DNA of 64,000 nucleotides from Squalus acanthias (Eukaryota). The position numbers and the translations under genes were made by a program. This document shows, in pieces, positions 59,435 through 64,000 of the stretch. The stretch is taken from NCBI GenBank assembly GCA_030390025.1, contig CM059432.1, positions 3,782,001 to 3,846,000 of the forward strand, in the 5' to 3' direction. The notes under the pieces are model-generated. The model was not told the DNA's origin, ran no database searches, and saw only the letters and a program-made list of their open reading frames with translations. Within the stretch, counting starts at the first letter, position 1, and each line of letters opens with the position of its first letter.

Positions 59435-59985
59435 TATTCATTCCTGGGATGTGGGTGTCACTGGCAAGGCCGGCATTTATTGCCCATCCCTAATTGCCCT
59501 TGAGAAGGTGGTGGTGAGCCGCCGCCTTCTTGAACCGCTGCAGTCCGTGTGGTGAAGGTACTCCCACAATGCTGTTAGGAAGGGAGTTCCAGGATTTTGA
59601 CCCAGCGACGATGAAGGATCGGTGATATACTTCTTAGTCAGGATGGTGTGTGACTTGGAGGGGAACTTGGAGGTGGTGGTGTTCCCATGCGCCTGCTGCC
59701 CTTGTCCCTCTAGGCGGTAGAGGTCGCGGGTTTGGGAGGTGCTGCCGAAGAAGCCTTGGCGAGTTGCTGCAGTGCATCTTGTAGATGGTACACACTGCAG
59801 CCACGGTGCGCCGATGGTGGAGGGAGTGAATGTTTAAGTTGGTGGATGGGTTGCCAATCAAGCGGGCTGCTTTGTCCTGGATGGTGTCGAGCTTCTTGAG
59901 TGTTGTTGGAGCTGCAACTCATCCAGGCAAGTGGAGAGTATTTCATCACACTCCTGACTTGTGCCTTGTAGATGCTGGAAAGGCC
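59435..59985 (-). mobile_element. 3' part of the 61880-type LINE
   Basis: IHSLHHRRTVAAVCTIYKMHC on the minus strand. Confidence 0.85.
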
Positions 59986-60037
59986 TTTCTGGCGACACCC
60001 ACAGTGTGACGGTAGAGGCTTTATAAACAGAGGCATA

Positions 60038-60902
60038 GGGCTGGGTTGTACCTGCCGAGATGAGTTGGGGGCGGGACTGCTGCCTTCTGGGTTCTAGTCC
60101 CGCCCCCAGCGACGTCCGACGCACAGACGCTATTTTCCCCTGATTGGCCTTGTTAAGCCCGCCCTGCGGGCTTGCTGGCCAATTAAGGGAAAGCCTGTGT
60201 CAGATGATGTCAGTTGATGACGCTTCATCTGCTGGTTTTCTTAAAGGGACATGAACCATTTATTTTTGACAAATGATTTGACAGCGTTTGACAGCATTGA
60301 GCTGCTGTCAAACACTGACAATCACTGTACAAAGGTGAGCCCTTGCACCCAGGCTCTCCAATGACTCTTTCCTTAGGATAAAACAGATGGCAGCTGCAGG
60401 TGAGGGTACAGAAGCGATGTCACTTCTCCCAATGAGGTGAGGCCACACAAACACTTCAAAGCTTGTCACCTACAGAAAAATCTAAACACAGTAAAAATGA
60501 CTGTCCTAACATTTCCTTACCTCTGATACTCACCAGTGTCCCATTGCATCCTTCACACCACTTCTGCGGCTGTCATCTATACACAAACATTACAACAGAC
60601 CCACAGCACGTCTCACTTACCCTGGCGGGGTTCCCCGACATCGGGAAGCCTGCAGCAGGAGTCTCAAAATGGGAAAAAACCTCTTAACTGTCTGTTAACT
60701 ACCTGTGAACAGGCAGTTAAGTGGCTGTAATCCTCTTCCCGCTGCTAGGAGTCGGGTCCCTGCAGAAATCGGGGACCCGACTCCCAGGAAGATTGGTTGG
60801 AGGCGGGTTGGGAGCGGGTTTGGGACCCGCTCCCATTCTTTTTGATTTTCCCAGCAGTCTCGCCTCCAGACCCACCTCCTCAGGGCTGGTAAAATCCATC
60901 CC
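60038..60902. mobile_element. Diverged GGGC-ended TIR element, TSD ATA, inserted in CR1
   Basis: AGGC-ATA|GGGCTGGGTT...AATCCATCCC|ATA-GAGTACAAAAGC restores the CR1 codons RGIEYKS. Confidence 0.87.
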
Positions 60903-61520
60903 ATAGAGTACAAAAGCAAGGAAGTTATGCTAAACCTTTATAAATCAAAAGTTAGGCCTCAGCTGGCCAATTGTGTCCAATTCTGGGCACCACACACTTT
61001 AGGAAGGATGTCAAGACCTTGGAGAGGATGCAGAGGAGATTTACTAGAATGGTACCAGGGATGAGGGAATTCAGTTACATGGAAAGGTTAGAGAAGATAG
61101 GATTGTTCTCCTTAGAGCAGAGAAGGTTAAGGGGAGATTTAATAGAGGTGTTCAAAATCATGAAGGGTTTTGATAGAGTAAATAAGGAGAAATTGTTTCC
61201 ACTGACCGGAGGGACGGTAACCAGAGGACACAGATTTAAGGTAATTGGCAAAAGAACCAGAGGGGGAGATGAGGAGAATTTTTTTTTTAACGCAGCGAGT
61301 TGTTGTGATCTGGAACGCGCTGCCTGAAAGGGCGGTGGAAGCAGATTCAATAGTGACTTTCAAAAGGGAATCGGATAAATAGTTGAAAAGGAAAAATTTG
61401 CAGGGCTGTGGGGAAAGAGCAGGGGGGAGTGGGACTAATTGGAGAGCTCGTTCAAAGAGCCGGCACAGACACGATGGCCGAATGGCCTCCTCCTGTGCTG
61501 TATCATTCTATGATTCTATT
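60903..61520 (+). mobile_element. CR1 3' fragment
   Basis: ORF 60971-61327 plus tail. Confidence 0.88.
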
Positions 61521-61899
61521 TATGATGCAGTGTTGGCACTGTCAGGATTTAGGTTTGATGGATAGTTGAGTGGTTGTGAGGTAAAGGAGAATATTGGTCA
61601 AATCAATCCATTGATTAGTTACATCATAAAGAATTACTGAAGGATAAAGCTATTAAGTCCATTATTCATAGAATTTTATTTCTAGTGAGTACTGCGTTGT
61701 ATTTTATCAGTATTAGAGATAATCCTCCACCCCCATAACCTCCCCTTCACAATGATCAACTCCTTCCACCCCCGTAAGATCGTCCTCCTCTGCCCCACTT
61801 CTACCCGTCTACCGCTGAAACTCTCATCCATGCCTTTGCCACCTTCAAACTCGACTAGTCAAATGTTGCAGCAAGCTCCCACAAACAGCAATGTGATCG

Positions 61900-63240
61900 C
61901 GCTCTCCCATCAGCAAAGTGATGGATGGTGTCGTCGACAGTGCTATCAAGCGGCACTTGCTCACCAATAACCTGCTCACCAACACTCAGTTTGGATTCCG
62001 CCAGGACCACTCAGCCTCAGACCTCATTACAGCCTTGTTCCAACATGGACAAAAGAGCTGAATTCCAGAGGTGAAGCGAGAGTGACTGCCCTTGACATCA
62101 AGGCAGCAGTTGACCAAGTGCGGCATCAAGGAGCCCTAGTAAAACTGAAGTCAATGGGAATCAGGGGGAAAACTCTCCACTGGCTGGAGTCATACCTAGC
62201 ACAAAGGAAGATGGTTGTGGTTGTTGGAGGCCAATCATCCCAGCCTCAGGACATCGCGACAGGAGTTCCTCAGGGCAGTGTCCTCGGCCCAACCATCTTC
62301 AACTTTTTCATCAATGACCTTTCCTCCATCATAAAGGTCAGAAATGGGGATGTTCGCTAATGATTGCACAGTGTTCAGCGCCATTCACAACTCCTCAGAT
62401 AATGAAGCAGTCCGTGCCCGCATGCAGCAAGACCTGGATGACATTCAGGCTTGGGCTGATAAGTGGCAGGTAACATTCACACCACAGAATTGCCAGGAAA
62501 TGACCATCTCCAATAAGAGCAAGTCTAACCACCACTCCTGGACATTCAATGGCATTACCATCGCCGGAGTCCCCACCATCAACATCCTGGGGGGTCACCA
62601 TTGTCCAGAAACTTAACTGGACCAGCCACATAAATACTGTGGCAACAAGAGCAGGTCAGATGCTGGGTATTCTGCGGCGAGTGTCTCACCTCCTGGCTCC
62701 CCAAAGCCTTTCCACCATCTACAAGGCACAAGTCAGGAATGTGATGGAATACTCTCCACTTGCCTGGATGAGTACAGCTCCAATAACACTCAAGAAGCTC
62801 GACATCATCCAGGACAAAGCAGTCCACTTGATCGTAACCCCATCTACCACCTTAAACATTCACTCCCTCCACCACCGGCGCACCGTGGCTGCAGTGTGCA
62901 CCATCTACAAGATGTACTGCAGCAACTCGCCAAGGCTTCTTCGGCAGCACCTCCCAAACCCGCGACCTCTACCACCTAGAAGAGCAGCAGGCGCATGGGA
63001 ACACCACCACCTCCAGGTTCCCCTCCAAGTCACACACCATCCTGACCTAGAAGTATATCGGCCGTTCCTTCATCTTCACTGGGTGAAAATCCTGGAACTC
63101 CCTCCCTAACAGCACCATGGGAGTACCTTCACCACACGGACTGCAGCGGTTCAAGGCGGCTCACCACCACCTTCTCAAGGGCAATTAGAAATGGGCAATA
63201 AAAGATGCCCATGACCCATGAGTGAATAAATTAAACAAAA
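61900..63240 (+). mobile_element. CR1/L2-group LINE of a distinct family, degenerate RT
   Basis: [46 protein letters not shown]. Confidence 0.85.
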
Positions 63241-64000
63241 ATTGATGTTGACCGGATAATCTTTTTTTTTGTGATGTTGGTTGAGGGATAAATTTTGGCA
63301 AGAACACCAGGGAAAACTCCCCTGCTCTTCTTCCAAAATACTGGCATGGGATCTTTTACATCCACCTGAGAGAGCCGATGGGTTTAACATCTCATCTGAA
63401 AGACGGCACCTCCACCAGTGCAGAAGTCTCTCAGCACTGCACTGGGAGTGGTGGCTTAGACTTTGCGCTCAAGTCTCTGGAGCAGGACTTGAACCCACGT
63501 CTTTCTGACTCAGAGGCGAGGGTGCTGCCCACGAAAGCACAACTGACTGTATTATAGCCAGTACATGATTCATGGCACTAGCTGTGTGGGTACAGGAGCC
63601 GAGGACAACACCACTGCTTTGAACACAGAGACATTGTGAGCCTTGTGCCTCCCGCTAATGCTTCAGACATAAGAAAAAAAGAAAGACTTGCATTTCTCCA
63701 GCGTCTTTCACGACCACCGGACGTCCCAAAGCGCTTTACAGCCAATGAAGTACTTTTTGAAGTGTAGTCACTGTTGTAATGTAGGAAACGCAGTAGCCAA
63801 TTTGCGCACAGCAAGCTCCCACAAACAGCAATGTGATAATGACCAGATAATCTGTTTTTGTTATGTTAGTTGAGGGATAAATATTGGCCCCAGGACACCG
63901 GGGAGAACTCCCCTGCTCCTCTTCGAAATAGTGCCGCGAGATCTTTTACATCCACCTGAGAGAGCAGACGGGGCCTCGGTTCAACATCCTATCCGAAAGA
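63240..64000 (-). mobile_element. Two Deu SINE copies (63240-63547; 63672-window end)
   Basis: Reverse complement of the other copies. Confidence 0.85.

Overview
Eukaryotic, repeat-saturated DNA, most likely a cartilaginous fish (shark), judged from the CR1/L2/RTE LINEs and the SacSINE1-like Deu-domain SINEs. No host gene could be identified with confidence; the window looks intronic or intergenic. Two elements appear intact. (1) A PIF/Harbinger DNA transposon (11232-15755) carries two convergent genes: a 386-aa DDE nuclease and a three-exon, 458-aa Myb/SANT-like protein that the ORF track only shows in pieces. It is nested in a non-autonomous TIR element, itself inside a CR1. (2) A Penelope-like retroelement (23530-27736, 12-bp TSD) has an unbroken RT + GIY-YIG ORF, three minimal hammerhead ribozyme motifs and an inverted 5' copy. 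The inversion junction creates a new stand-alone GIY-YIG ORF. The window also holds two solo LTRs sharing a TTCGA-loop hairpin, a family of non-autonomous Harbinger-type elements with conserved co-varying palindromes, an RTEX-like LINE and small local duplications. All coordinates were read by eye; boundaries of degenerate LINE fragments are approximate.
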